NCBI RefSeq assembly: GCF_001194135.2
Contig: NC_069001.1
Location: 4,015,840-4,079,839, forward strand
Source of the DNA: Octopus bimaculoides
Taxonomy: Eukaryota
DNA length: 64,000 bases
Direction: 5' to 3'
Part shown: positions 15,118 to 28,691 of the stretch, in pieces
How positions within the stretch are numbered: the first letter of the stretch is position 1
How the letters are laid out: each line of letters opens with the position of its first letter
Made by a program: the position numbers and the translations under genes
Notes under the pieces: model-generated
Seen by the model: the letters and a program-made list of their open reading frames with translations, nothing else
Told to the model about the DNA's origin: nothing
Databases searched by the model: none

Positions 15118-15340
15118 CCCTTTTGTTACTGTATTTATTTTGAGATGTTCTGTGTTTCTTTCAATTAATTTTAAATATAACTAAGAATTTAGTAAAATAA
15201 CTTAGTTATCATTAAGCTGGTGTTAGGGTCATAAATTGTGACTAAGGTTTGGTGGAAGATTTTAATTCAAAAGTTATGAAAATAAGACATTTGTACTACA
15301 GAGCTAGAGGCGGTTTCAGCCGGTTTGGTATCAAAAAGGG
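15118..15340. mobile_element. piggyBac-type MITE (TTAA TSD) inserted in a SINE
   Basis: TTAA|CCCTTTTG ... CAAAAAGGG|TTAA; it interrupts the SINE A tail (GGGATTAA|GTCGATTACATC). Confidence 0.72.
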
Positions 15341-15529
15341 TTAAGTCGATTACATCAACCCCAGTGCATAACTGGTACTTATTTAATCAACCCTGAAAGG
15401 ATGAAAGACAAAGTCGACCACAGTGGAATTGGAACTCAGAACATAGCAACAGATGAAATACCGCTAAGCATTTCGCCTGGCGTGCTAATGATTCTGCCAG
15501 CTCGTTTGCCTTGGCTAAACAGACATTAA

Positions 15530-15750
15530 CCCTTTAGCATTTAAACCGGCCATATCTGGCCAAAAGTATTTTGCCTATTCTATGTTCAAACTGGCCAGAT
15601 CTGGTCTCTCACACCAACCCTACAATATCGTTTTAAAAATTAACAGCTACCTCATCAAAATCTCATAGCTACGAGTTAATGCATGATTAGTTCAAAACAA
15701 TGTGGATAAAAAAGCATTAATTATGGCAGAATAATGTGAACACTAAAGGG
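15530..15750. mobile_element. Second piggyBac-type MITE family (TTAA TSD)
   Basis: TTAA|CCCTTTAGCATT ... AACACTAAAGGG|TTAA; related fragments near 34510-34720. Confidence 0.7.
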
Positions 15751-16416
15751 TTAAACCAGTGCTTAATAAACAAAATTAAATAAGAGGAATAAACAGATAA
15801 ACACTATTGCATGTTAAATCTATATCTTAACCACAACTAGAATGGAACTAAATTAAATAAAATGAAAAAAGCATCACTGTAGTATTAGATAATACAAGGT
15901 GTCCATAAATTAATAGCTTTGCAATTTAAAAAAATTAAGGAAAAGATGAAATATAAAGATAATACAGCAGAGTATAATTGGAAAACATAAGGAAACAAAT
16001 AAAGTTATATTAGGGACTTGTAGGGACATGCTATTTCGTTATGCAACCATAATATACAACTAAATATATTAAACATCTTTCTAAGTTAACACTATGTTCT
16101 ACTGTGTTAGCAGTGCTATCACATCACTTGTTAATGTTATCTCTACAGATTTTTTATAGAAATTATAGAAATTATAGCCAGCACCGATTGTTTTGTCATG
16201 ATGGCTTTGTGTCCGAGAGGCCTGACGTAAACAACGAGATCGATTTCATTGTTGTTTACATCAGGCATCTTGGATACAAAGTGTCGTAACAAAATTATCA
16301 TAGGCCATAATTTCTATAGAAAATTTGTAAAGATAATCTTCGCATATGATGTAGTGGTTAAGAGTGCGGGCTACTAACCCCAAGATTCCGAGTTCGATTC
16401 CAGACAGTCTTGAACA

Positions 16417-16580
16417 GGTACTACTTAAATACAGAGGTCCTGACTCATCTACGCAACCCTATCTCTAGTTAACCGTAAAACTAACCCTAACCTTATAACT
16501 AACCCTAACCCTAACGAGTGCGCACTGTAAAAGCATATCATTACGTAGATGCATCGGGACGTCTGTATTTAAGTAGTACC
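16417..16580. mobile_element. Merlin-type MITE with telomere-like internal repeats, inserted in a tRNA-derived SINE
   Basis: TIR GGTACTACTTAAATACAGA(G/C)GTCC (24 bp, 1 mismatch, extends to about 37 bp), perfect 8-bp TSD CTTGAACA (16409-16416 / 16581-16588), GGNRM terminus, internal (TAACCC)n. Confidence 0.75.
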
Positions 16581-19500
16581 CTTGAACACCTGTACAATGG
16601 ATTGTCTTTAATGTAGCCCCATAAGAAGTGTAGAGGGGTTATATTTGGTGACCTAAGTGACCAGGGAACTGGATCACCTCTTCTGATTCACCAGTTTGGG
16701 AAAGTTTCATTAAGAAACACTCAACCCCCCCCCCCATTAGTTGCAAGCAAAACACATCTGATGATAAATTGTAGAAGTTGTAAAAATGATTTATGAACAC
16801 TGTAAATCATTGCAAACAATGCAAAGACAATCACAAATCTAAATCACACCCGATAGATCGCAAACATGTTGCATGTAACAGCAGGACCGTCCCAATGTGT
16901 GTGTGTGTGTGTGTGCATACACATATGAATGTATGGATGTATCTTTTGCAAAATGTATGAAAGAAGAATGTAAGCATTGTCACAGGAACTGAAAAATCAG
17001 TGATTTTTTTTTTTTTTNNNNNNNNNNNNNNNNNNNNNNNNNNNNNNNNNNNNNNNNNNNNNNNNNNNNNNNNNNNNNNNNNNNNNNNNNNNNNNNNNNN
17101 NNNNNNNNNNNNNNNNNNNNNNNNNNNNNNNNNNNNNNNNNNNNNNNNNNNNNNNNNNNNNNNNNNNNNNNNNNNNNNNNNNNNNNNNNNNNNNNNNNNN
17201 NNNNNNNNNNNNNNNNNNNNNNNNNNNNNNNNNNNNNNNNNNNNNNNNNNNNNNNNNNNNNNNNNNNNNNNNNNNNNNNNNNNNNNNNNNNNNNNNNNNN
17301 NNNNNNNNNNNNNNNNNNNNNNNNNNNNNNNNNNNNNNNNNNNNNNNNNNNNNNNNNNNNNNNNNNNNNNNNNNNNNNNNNNNNNNNNNNNNNNNNNNNN
17401 NNNNNNNNNNNNNNNNNNNNNNNNNNNNNNNNNNNNNNNNNNNNNNNNNNNNNNNNNNNNNNNNNNNNNNNNNNNNNNNNNNNNNNNNNNNNNNNNNNNN
17501 NNNNNNNNNNNNNNNNNNNNNNNNNNNNNNNNNNNNNNNNNNNNNNNNNNNNNNNNNNNNNNNNNNNNNNNNNNNNNNNNNNNNNNNNNNNNNNNNNNNN
17601 NNNNNNNNNNNNNNNNNNNNNNNNNNNNNNNNNNNNNNNNNNNNNNNNNNNNNNNNNNNNNNNNNNNNNNNNNNNNNNNNNNNNNNNNNNNNNNNNNNNT
17701 ATATCAATGTTTGCTTTTATGTTATAATATAAAATTAATTTACATTCCTCTGACAATGGCTTAGCTGGCTGAAACTTTGAAGTCACTGTCAACAACATTC
17801 TTATACTGGACGGGAGGTGATAAATGCCTCCCCTTAAATTTTCAATTTTATGTTCTTGTCTTTTTTTTTTTTTTTTTAATTCATAAAGCAACATCGACAA
17901 CTACAACATTATCATGGTTATTAATGAAATTTCCTCCGAGATAAAAACTGGCCAATCTAGAATACATTAAACGGGATGATAAAGAGCCAGAGGTAAACAA
18001 TGTCACCGATGTCGAAAGATAACGGTAATGAATTCCATGAAACATATGTGGGTGTATTTGTGTGTGCGTGTGTATGCATGTATACATAAATGAATATAAA
18101 TACATATAAAATATATATAAGTGAAATTGAAGCACTAAGCAGTAATGTGTATAAATATAAACTTGTTACCAGTTGAAATATGCTTGAGGCTTATTCAAAC
18201 CCGAAAGAAAGCCATTACTCTATTTTCTCTCCTGACAAAATAGAGTGAATGACTTTCTTACAGGCTTGAGTGTGCCTCAAACATATTTCAACTCATAACA
18301 AGTGTGTGCATGTGTATTCTTTTATTCGTTTACTTGTTTCAGTTGTTTGACTGCAGCCATGCTGGAGCACTGCCTTGAAGGGTTTTAGTCAAACAAATCG
18401 ACCCCAGGACTTATTTTCTAGGACCCCTTGTCTAAAAGGCACAAATGGGTTTGTGTAAGGCCAACACCTCCACCTTGAAAAATGCAAAGTTACAGAAACA
18501 TCAATGACAACTGGAAACCAAAACCTCTGGGACAGAAAGGCCTTCCCTCGAGGAACCTGGAACCAACCAGGGAGGCAAGAGAGAGGATACCCTAAAAATA
18601 GCCGGAGGCAGAGCTGGAAAAGCGGGATAGTACTGGATAGAAGCAGAAAAGATGGCCTGGAGTTGAGAGCAGTAGAGAAAAGTTGTCAATGGCCTAGACT
18701 CAATAGGAAACAAAGTGTTTCAGTAAGTAAATCGTGTTTTAATCATTTAGTTCTAGATACTTCCATTCTGTGTTCTCTGGCCATAATTCATCTCTGACAT
18801 TAAGTGCAACCAGCAAGTAAAAGGTTTTATTTAACAACACCTCTCCCCTTCCTTCTTCAAGCCTAATATCTATTTCAATTGGTTGCAGAGCCTGATGAGT
18901 GGAGGGAGAGGACGACAAAAACAGTAGTGGTTGTAGCGGTGGTTGCAGTAGTGGTGATGAATGAAACAATAAAAAATCCCCCCTCCTCCTCCTGTGTTCG
19001 TCATTTCATTGTGAATGAAACTAAATAACACACTTGACAGCTGTATTTCTCTTAATTTATTTCAACAATTCTCACTGGACACTAATAATCAAACAAAAAA
19101 GATGGACTGGTGGATAGCTGGATGGATGGTCAGTAGTCAGCCACAGCTTCTACAGGATTACAACAACTCAATATCATCATCATCATCATCATCATGCATG
19201 TGTCAAACAAATTCTGTTGAGGCAGATTTTCTACAGTTGGATGCCCTTCCTGTCACTAACCCTCACTTGTTTCCAAGTAAGGTAATATTTCCTCAACGCC
19301 AGACATGCTTTTCATGGAAGACTGGGAAATGAAGGACAACTACTTGTATGATGGTCACACTCTTTTACAACTATCATGTGGTGTTGAACAAAAAGGATTT
19401 TTTTTTCAACTTCCATCTGCTAAATCCACTCACGAGGCTTTGGTTGGCTCAGGGCCACAGTAGAAAACACTTGTCCAGGTGGCATACAGTAGGATTGAAC

Positions 19501-20815
19501 TTGAGACCACATGGTTGGGAAGCAAGCTTCTTAACCACACAGCCATACCTAAAATATTTAGATATAGAACAGAACACAGCCAAGTTTACTAAATATGTTA
19601 GAAATAGAAAGCCAAATTTCACTTGTATCATTCCCTTTTGGTTCTAAGCCGTCTGAGACAGCTTCTGGTTCTAGGATACAACAAGCCATGCATTTTCACC
19701 AGTCCTACATACACTGTCCAGATGTGGCTGTGTGGTAAGAAGTTTGCTTCCCAACCACATGGTTCTAGGTTCAGTCCCACTATGAAGCACCTTGAGCAAG
19801 TGTTTCCTAGTATAGTGTCAAGCCAACCAAAGCCTTTGTGAGTGGAATTGGTAGATGGAAACTGAAAGAAGCCCATTGTATGTATGAGGTAGTGCTGAAA
19901 AGTTCCTGGCTTTCACATAGTCAAAAATTAGGTCTAACAAGAAAAAAAAAAGAAAAAAAATCCTCACTGGATAGGATGCCAGTCTTCTACAAGGTTAACT
20001 TCCCAGCTACATTTCTGGAACTTGTTTATAGGTGAGTGGACTGGAGCAACGTGAAATGAAGTATTTTGCTCAAGGACACATAACACACTGCCCAGTCTGG
20101 GAATTGAAACCACAATCTTACAATCAAGAGTGTAACATCCTAACCACTGGGCCACATGAGTTCACCAGTCCTAGACACACTCCCTCCCACACTCACACCA
20201 AAAGCGGAAAAGACGCTTGTGGCTGGAACACCTTTGATCATGGGGTTTCCGAGCAGGAGCTGACCTTGGGGGTCAACAGCAAGTGTAAGCTTACATTCTT
20301 GACATAGCCAAGACTTGAGGTCTTGTCTTAAAAAAAGGCCAGACTTCCTTTAGCCAGTCAGAAAATACTGAACATTCCAGGACAGCTGGCTGCTAATTCT
20401 TCTACCAATCACTACACAGGTGAAACAAAGTAGGGGTTGGGAGTGGGACATAGTAAAGGACACCCACTAATGTTCACCTTGCTGGCTTTAGTGTCCAATA
20501 ATGGTTGGTTGGTTGGTTGGAAAATTACATATGTATAATCTTCATCATGTATCAAGAAAATTGCCATAATCAAGGTATAAATTACGCCATGGCTGTGTGG
20601 TAAGAAGTTTGCTTCCCAACCACATAGTTCTGGGTTCAGTCCTACTGCATGGCACCTTGGGCAAGAGTGTTCTACTATAGCCTCATGCTGACCAATTCCA
20701 TATGTAAATGTCTTATTTATGTGAAGTATACATAGGAGTTGAAAATTCTGGAAATATTATCTGCAGAGTAATTGTATATAAAAATCAAATGACTGGATGA
20801 ATTCTTTGTTATTAT

Positions 20816-20966
20816 TTATTCATCATTACACATGTTTCATTTGCCAATAAGAAATGCAAAATCACGCATGTAATATATCTCTTATTAGAAATTCTTCAGA
20901 GCGTTATCCCACACATACAGTTTTGTAACTCCTATTAGCAAATGAAACATGTGTAATGATGAATAA
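20816..20966. mobile_element. Small hairpin MITE
   Basis: 29-bp perfect IR TTATTCATCATTACACATGTTTCATTTGC / GCAAATGAAACATGTGTAATGATGAATAA. Confidence 0.6.
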
Positions 20967-21989
20967 CTAACATCAAAACATTTTTCCAATCTCCTGTTTT
21001 GACATACATATATGTTAGTTGTAATACAGAAAGATTATCTTAGAAAGCTAATAAACCCATGATTAAAATTAATGTTTATTTCTTGTGTTCTAACGAAGCA
21101 ATACTACCTGTGATATCTAATTTCATTTTCTTGGACAGCAAGCATTAATTTAGGTTACTCTTCTCGATTACACAGTATCGTTAGCAGTGAAGAGCAAACA
21201 TTAAACATTTAGATGTACTTATGTGGTCAACAGAAAAAGGAATAAATCATTTTTAGCTTTTTTATGTTGTTCAGATTTTTAAGTTATTTACAATAAATGT
21301 TGGTGAAATATTAGTAAGAACCTGACAATGGTATGTTGCTGCATCAGCAGACTTCTATTTCAAGATTTAGTTTTGAGCATTTCATAAGTTATGTAGGTGT
21401 TACCTGAAAAAAATTCCTTTTGATGAATTGCCCTACCTACAAAACAAAACAGGCAAATATTATAATAATAATAATAATCATCAGCATCATTGTTTTAACA
21501 TTCACTTTTCTATATTTGCATGGATCAGATGGGATTTAATAAGGCAGATTTTCTATAGCTGTATGCCCTTCCTGTCGTCAACTTTCATCTGTTTCTGAGT
21601 GGGGTAACATTTCCCCATGGCCAAATGATTTTGCAGAATATTGGAAATGAATGACATTCATTTATAACAATCACATGATATCGAGTAAACACAACCACAC
21701 ACACATTCACACAAAAATGCATACAAATATGGTGTTGGAACTCTCAGCTTACAATAAACACGTCGCTCTCAACCCCTTTGCATTACGTGTCCTTACACCC
21801 ACAGTTGGTCCTCTAAACCAGTGTTTCTCAGCTATTTCTACCTGTGGATAAAACTACTTTTATAGATACTACTTTAAAATTTCCTATTTTGTTTCCCCCT
21901 CCCCCCATTCACTTGTGTAAGTTTGCAATAAAACTCTCTGACAGAACATGCTTCAGTGGATGGAAACATGTTGAACTATGTAAACCATT

Positions 21990-22996
21990 AAAGAAACAAC
22001 CGAGCTGTTTCTTGCAATAAATACACCCAAAGCAAAATTTCTTTCATGGACCCTTAAAACACTACTGTGAATCCCTAATTTACTATGTTGCTTGCATGGC
22101 ACCCCAACAGGGACATATGGACTTTGTTTGATCCCCACTGCTTTAAAGTGATTACTGCATGAGCTCCTTGAGATAGACACACAAACTCACAAGCTGCTTA
22201 GTGTTACTGGAGATGAAGACAGGCTATACCTCCGACATAAGGATGGTGGCTGATGTCTTAAGTCTGTATTGTAATGCTGAAGTAACTTCTACAGAAGGGA
22301 AATGAAGCCAGTAACTACCTTGCCCAAACTTTGCAAGAGTGAAAACAGCAATATCATTAGGATCAGTAAGAAACCTGAAAAGAGGCACAAAGTAAGAGTT
22401 GATGTAGATCTCACTCCGAGAAGCCTTGGTTATTTCTATTTATCAGAACAATAAAAAATAATGGACAAGTTCACTGAGAGCATAATGCACAAAAGACAAA
22501 AGCCATATAGGGAATAAATCAAATGAAAAACTTGGCACGGAGTGCTGACAAGTTTATGACAGACCACTTTGAAAGCAACCTCCATGCAATTGAAGAACAA
22601 GAGGTCACCACCAAGTACCCGCTGCTTAAAAGGCAGAAAACATTAACGAACAATAATTATAGGTTGTGCAAAACTATAACAGAAGACAGCAACTACATCA
22701 TAGCCAACAGTGAGAGAATGTCTTCTAGGTCTTATCTTCCCATGAGGTATGATGATGCAGTGGCCAGAACAGTCTGGAACAGAATAGGTAAAATGAAAAT
22801 ACTAACAGACAAAGTTGATTGTATTGAGACCAATGGGTCAAAAGGATATGGGTGGAACTTTAACAATTCAAACAGCCACCAAGTTAAAAGACCAGCTAGA
22901 TATTGTTGTGGAATCACAAGAAATAAAGATGCCGTTATGGAAATCAGCTGTTCTGGATACATGGGTTTGAATACAGAATGCAAGATGCCAAAATAA
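21990..22996 (+). mobile_element. Decayed Dong/R4-like (RLE-type) non-LTR retrotransposon fragment
   Basis: Motif relics ELLEIDTQTHKLL, DEDRLYLRHKDGG (cf. DRLYLPRxxGGRGL), YRLCKTITEDSNYII...RYDDAVA (CCHC/RHD region), YGWN, VMEISC. Confidence 0.7.
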
Positions 22997-24499
22997 ATAC
23001 CTCAATGCCACTTCGTTTAATTATCTATACTTATGCCATTGAGCCAATTTTGTTATTGCACTGTTGCACTCTTTTTTTTTTTTTAAATCAGTAGAGAAAA
23101 GTTTGTTTGAGAGAGAGAGAGAGAGATGTAAACAGAAATCTTATTTTGTCGTCCTATTGTCGTTAAGTTCAATTCAGCAATGTAAACTCCCCGCTCGTCC
23201 TCCTCCATGCAGCTAGTCTTCATTAATTAAACTTATCCCGCTGACCACATTAAGTGTGTAGGTGATTTATCAAGCCCGACATCAATGGTTATGATAGTGA
23301 TGACACAACAGTAGGGTAGTACGTAGGTAGAGGCAGCGGTTAATATGTATAAGTTTGCAGGGAGTTATTCTAAATATGACCTTAAACATTACTACATCAA
23401 TAGAGAGGATCGTTATTTCAAAGAGGAGACCAACAAACAGAGATAAAGAGAAAAGGGGACAAGGAAAAGAACCTAATAGAATTAGTTCTGTGGGACTGTA
23501 ATTTCTGAACCGGCAAAATGTACAAAATTTCCATTTTCCAACGTCGAAATATTAATTATCTTGAGTCTACTGTTTATCACTAATAGAAGAAATAATTATG
23601 CAAATTTGTTTATTGCGCGCGCGTGTGTGTGTGTGTGTGTGTGCGTCTCGTGTGTACCCAGTGCATGTGTGTAATGGTGTGTGAATACGTGCGTGTGTGT
23701 ATGCCAGTGTGTGAAATTATGCGTGTATATATGTGTATAATCAGTGCGTGTGTACGTGTATGATGAGTGTGTGTGTGTGAAGATGTGTGCATGCGTGTAT
23801 ATGATCAATGCGTTTGAGAGACTGTGTGAATACATGTGTGTGCATGTCTGACTGCGTATACGTATGAATGTGAATACATATATGTATGTGTGTGAGAATG
23901 CATACGCGTGTTTGTCATCATACACACACACACGTGAAATCTACAGTATATTTTATTTACACCCGGCACAGTCACGTCAACGAAAACCGTGTCTTTGGAT
24001 TTTTCCATACACTACAATGACAAAGCCAAAATTATTCAGTTAATTGCCGTCACGCAAACAACTGAACTTACAGTTTGACCTCCCATAATATATAAATAAA
24101 CAAACTAAATAAAACGAGACTTCCCCCCCACCTTCTTTTGTGACAGTTATACGAAGATGGATGTCAAATACGTCAAACAGAAACTACACGTAGGTGACAA
24201 TAACGAAGATTGAAATATGGTAATTTTGATCTCTTAACGGTTTAACATATTAAAGACGATAGGTCGGAGGCGGGGAGGGAGAGAACGAATCTAGCAAAAC
24301 ACATAAATATAAGCATAACTATTTATACATACACATACATATATAGATCACATATATACATGCGTTAATACACACATACACACATTTATGTATGAATTTT
24401 GTTGTTTTGTTTTTCCTTTCAGCAGTTTCAGCTCCAGAGCTGAGGCCATGCTGGAGCGCCGTCGTTAGCTTTAGTATACTTTCTTTCACTATTTGAAAC

Positions 24500-24953
24500 T
24501 TCCTCTAAAATATGGCATTTTGATGTTACCTGTCCTCAACTGTGTTTCTTTGACAGGAGGAAATCCAGTTCTGTTTTGAAGACATCTACATCCAACCCAT
24601 GTAGGTGTCTCAGGTTTTGGGGGGAGGATACTGAAAAGCTGTGAGCCCTTGGAACCCAAGCTGTTGCAGACTCTGGTTCTCTTTCCTAATAGCACTGTTG
24701 GGATCTTTGACAATATGCAGTGGTACCCCGTTCTGCAGTTTGTGTAACTTTCAACGCCAAAGTTTGATACAAATCCTTCCAGGATTTCCCAGATGCATAT
24801 CACTACATATCTTTCTCGCCTTCGTTCTAGGGAGTAGAATATGAACTTTTTCGGTCTCTCACAGTAGCTAACGTGTCGCACTGAGACGATCTTCCTTGTG
24901 AACTTTCGCCGGATTACTTCGAATTCCCTCGTTAATTTTACAGTGGAGGTCAT
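24500..24953 (-). mobile_element. 3' fragment of a CR1/L2-type LINE ORF2
   Basis: YSLERRRERYVVICIWEILEG ... NSLGSKGSQLFSILP, typical post-RT C-terminal region. Confidence 0.7.
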
Positions 24954-27900
24954 CGTAGTTGCGAAGCGAACTTCTTTAGCATGCTGGGCTTAGCGGTATT
25001 TCGACCGTCTTTACGTTCTGAGTTCAAATTCCGCCGTGGTCGACTTTGCCTTTCATAATTTCAGGGTCGATAAAATAAATATCACTTGAGTGTTGGGGGC
25101 TAATGTAATCGACTTACCCCCTACCCCGAACTTGCTGGTCTTGTGCCAAAACTTTCAACCTATATCAATGGGTCTCAGTCAAAATTTTCAACCATGTGTT
25201 TTCAGTTATGCGATCAATTGAAAAATTGGGCGAATTGAATTGATGTTGAAGTGGCAGCGTGTTCTGCAGATACGTGTGCCTTGAACGTAATTCTCAAGCA
25301 GAAATCAGTGTGACAAGGCTAAAGCTTTTGATTACAGATACGATCCTTCCAGTTGTTTCCAAACAAATGCTGTCTGCCCAGTTTCACTCACAAGGTTGAA
25401 CGGAGGCTGCATAAAATGACAAGGGCCTAAGAAATCACGCTGAGTCACCGTGGTGTATATATACATACATACTGCGCTGGACTAACCATTAAACAAAATA
25501 ATTATGTTCTTAGGGCATCAAAGAGAAGAGAGGCACCACAGAAATGGTAAATGGTTTACGGCACAAAAGAAATCACTTTAAACTTGCTAAAATAATATTC
25601 AGGATTCCTTTTCTCTCCTAAGTATAGAAGCAGATGTGTGTTACATGAGATTAATTTTGAAGGTCTGATCAAAGACAAAATAGTAGAAAACTTTTCAAAT
25701 ATAAAGTGAAAGTATAAAAAAAAAAACAAATATTTTCTTACTGTTAGTTTTGTTTTATTTTAAAAAATATAAATTTATTTTATGGTTTAATATTGTTTAT
25801 ATTTTGAATTATGAGTGCACCAAACATTTCTAAGTGCATAGGGCTTGTATGGGTCTTAATCCAGCCCTATCTATCTATCTGTCTGTCTATCTATCTACCT
25901 ATAGGCATAGCTACACAAGTGTGATACCCAGGTACGACGACTTTATTTCTTCATAACTTTCAGAAAGATGGACATTTTTTTTAAATGATATTTTCTACAA
26001 ATACCTTTCACATGGTGTAGGTTCCGACTACATACTAACTTTTGCTGCATTAACTTTAATCGGTAGAATGTGCCGAACACGAAATGTTCTACCCCTGAGT
26101 CAATTTTGTAACTTACAATCAATTAAAAATAGTAAAACAAAATACACACACATACATTCAGTTTATTTCTCCTGTTCTAACACACACACACGTGTATGTC
26201 TGTATTATGAGTGTGAATGCATTTAAACTTACGGATAACTTTTTTGATAATCATACAATTTAATTATACGTGCGCGCGCGCACAGACGTGATATAAACAT
26301 GCAGATACTTACACATGTCTACGCGTTGTTATGTGCATGCATTTAGTTATCTTCAAGTTATATATTCAGATTGTATGATATTTATACATATAACAATTAT
26401 ACAATCTCAGAAAATAACAGTATTCTTAAAGAAGATTAAATAAGAAAAATACCAAGATCATACTGAACATTTTCAAAATCTGAAACAACACTGCACTAAA
26501 GGTCCTTATTGCAAACTTGTAGTATCCGATTTCCAATTATATATGAAGATATAAATTTAAAAAAAAAAACATTGCCATTTATTTACACTATAAAGACACA
26601 CGTTGTTATTTTATTCCTGTTTCGTTTTTGTTCGGCTACCCCCACCCACTCAAGAATATAAATACGGGTGGTTTGTAATAAGTCGGGTAAGTCGGAGATT
26701 TTGGATGGATGGATACATAGAGTGATGTTCGGTTAAGTGGTGGGATGAACACTATAAAAAAAATAAGTACTCTATCCAGCGAGAGGTAAATATTGAACAT
26801 ACACAGGGTTTTTAGTGACTTATAGTAGATCAATCTTAAATCCTATGTATATTTAATGAGATATAAATATATATATATAATTCATGGCCACGTCTTTCGT
26901 GCTATTGTTTAACGCTCGGTTAGCCCTGATAGAGTAGAGCTATAATTAAAGGGATCCCATCTCATTTTAGTGCGTCTACCCATTGACTTTTCTCTTTTAA
27001 GACAGTAAAATATTTGAGATTCAGATGTCTTAGGTTTTCCCCCCCCCCCCTTTTTAGCCGGTCGAACGACCACAAAGAAACAGGCTCCTATCATCATTAG
27101 CTAGACAGACATCAAGCTAATAACTCATGCAACTGAGTCATTTTAAACTAAACATGACATTGGACTTGTACTTTTGCAGTAATTTTCCATATAACAAGCC
27201 CTAAACAATTGTATCGATACGAGGCTTCATTGACTCATCGATACTGAAATGATCTTAACTTTCCACCAAAAAAGTAGTGTTGTCCTCTCACAGAAAGAAA
27301 ATGAAGGCATTTGTGAAGAGGGATAAATTAATAAGGCAGCGGAAATTTCCCAAGTGTATATTTGAAGATATCAGGAACTGAGCCAAACATTCTGAACATC
27401 AAAAAGCATGTATAATGAGGAGGTCTTTCGTAAAATGTAGTTAAAATATATATGTTGAAATAAAAATAAATAAAATTATAACAAGCCTATACATATTTTG
27501 GAATGAAAAACGAGGGGCGGGGAACTTTCAAAAACAACTATATAATAATTATTACAAGACAGTCCCAGCTTTATATATGTATAAATTTCACAATTAAAAA
27601 AATATTAGCAATAGTTCTGAATATAATAGTTCTCCTGGTTCTTTTAAACAGTAAATGGTATTCTCTCAGAAACCATCTACAAGTGGATATACAGGGAACT
27701 TTACAGAAAACCTTATTTTAATTTTATTCCAAGGCAGCTTGACCGACGTTATTCAACTGAGCACATTGAAATTTAGATCAGGACGTAAACATTGCAGTAA
27801 AAACAACGGATTACTAATGTATACCCTTTCAAAAAGCACAATATGTAGTTTGTGTTTAGAACTCGTCTTTTCTAGACTTTATAACTTATAAAAAGTGTTT

Positions 27901-28691
27901 ATCTAAAGCGATACAAAAAATTATAAACAAATGCATTAGGAGTGGGTGTCGAAATTTATGTTAATAGAATGTTACAGTAAACTTTAAACAACGTTCTCGA
28001 CCAAACACACACACACATAATTCTTTGGTTTTACATTTACTCTTGGTAATTGAGAAATACATATTGATTTTCTATTAATGAATAAAGTTGGTGTTGATGC
28101 CCGGCCATCAAAGTATAAAATATTCTAGTTAAAATGAAAGTAAAAGAGATAATTTTAAAACATCTTACAATGAAAGAAAGCACTTCGTTCTTCGGACGTT
28201 GAAAACCATTTGCCGTTTTGGGTTTAGGGTACGATTTTTAATGACCTGGGATTATCAAAGATGTATTAATTAGGCGAGGACACGAATGACATTGCAGTTT
28301 AGTCGGATATATTTATACATATATTGTAATGTATATTTCAGTGTAGGTGTGAGAATAATTGCCTATTTCTGGAGTTTAACAGAGGGAACAGGCACTCACA
28401 TGCATTGTATATCATCAGGTTGTGTCGTAATTTCTAGAATAATAAATAGTTGGATGTGACGGTCAAGGAGGACATGAATGACAATGGAAAATAAAAGTGT
28501 TCAGGTGAGACTGTTGACTGAGATAAGTTGGTACGATTAGGAAAATCACACATGAACGGGCTTTTCCCCACCACACACGTATGACAGCGTTGGTTTCCAG
28601 ATATGAGGGACGGATAAGGAGAACCAGATATTGACAAAAATTGATATAGTTATTGGACCTAACTGATTTAGTAGTGGCTAGCACTAATCTA

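Noticed and set aside
16348-16403. tRNA-like sequence with A and B boxes
   Set aside because: No complete cloverleaf, and it continues into non-tRNA body sequence; best read as a SINE head.
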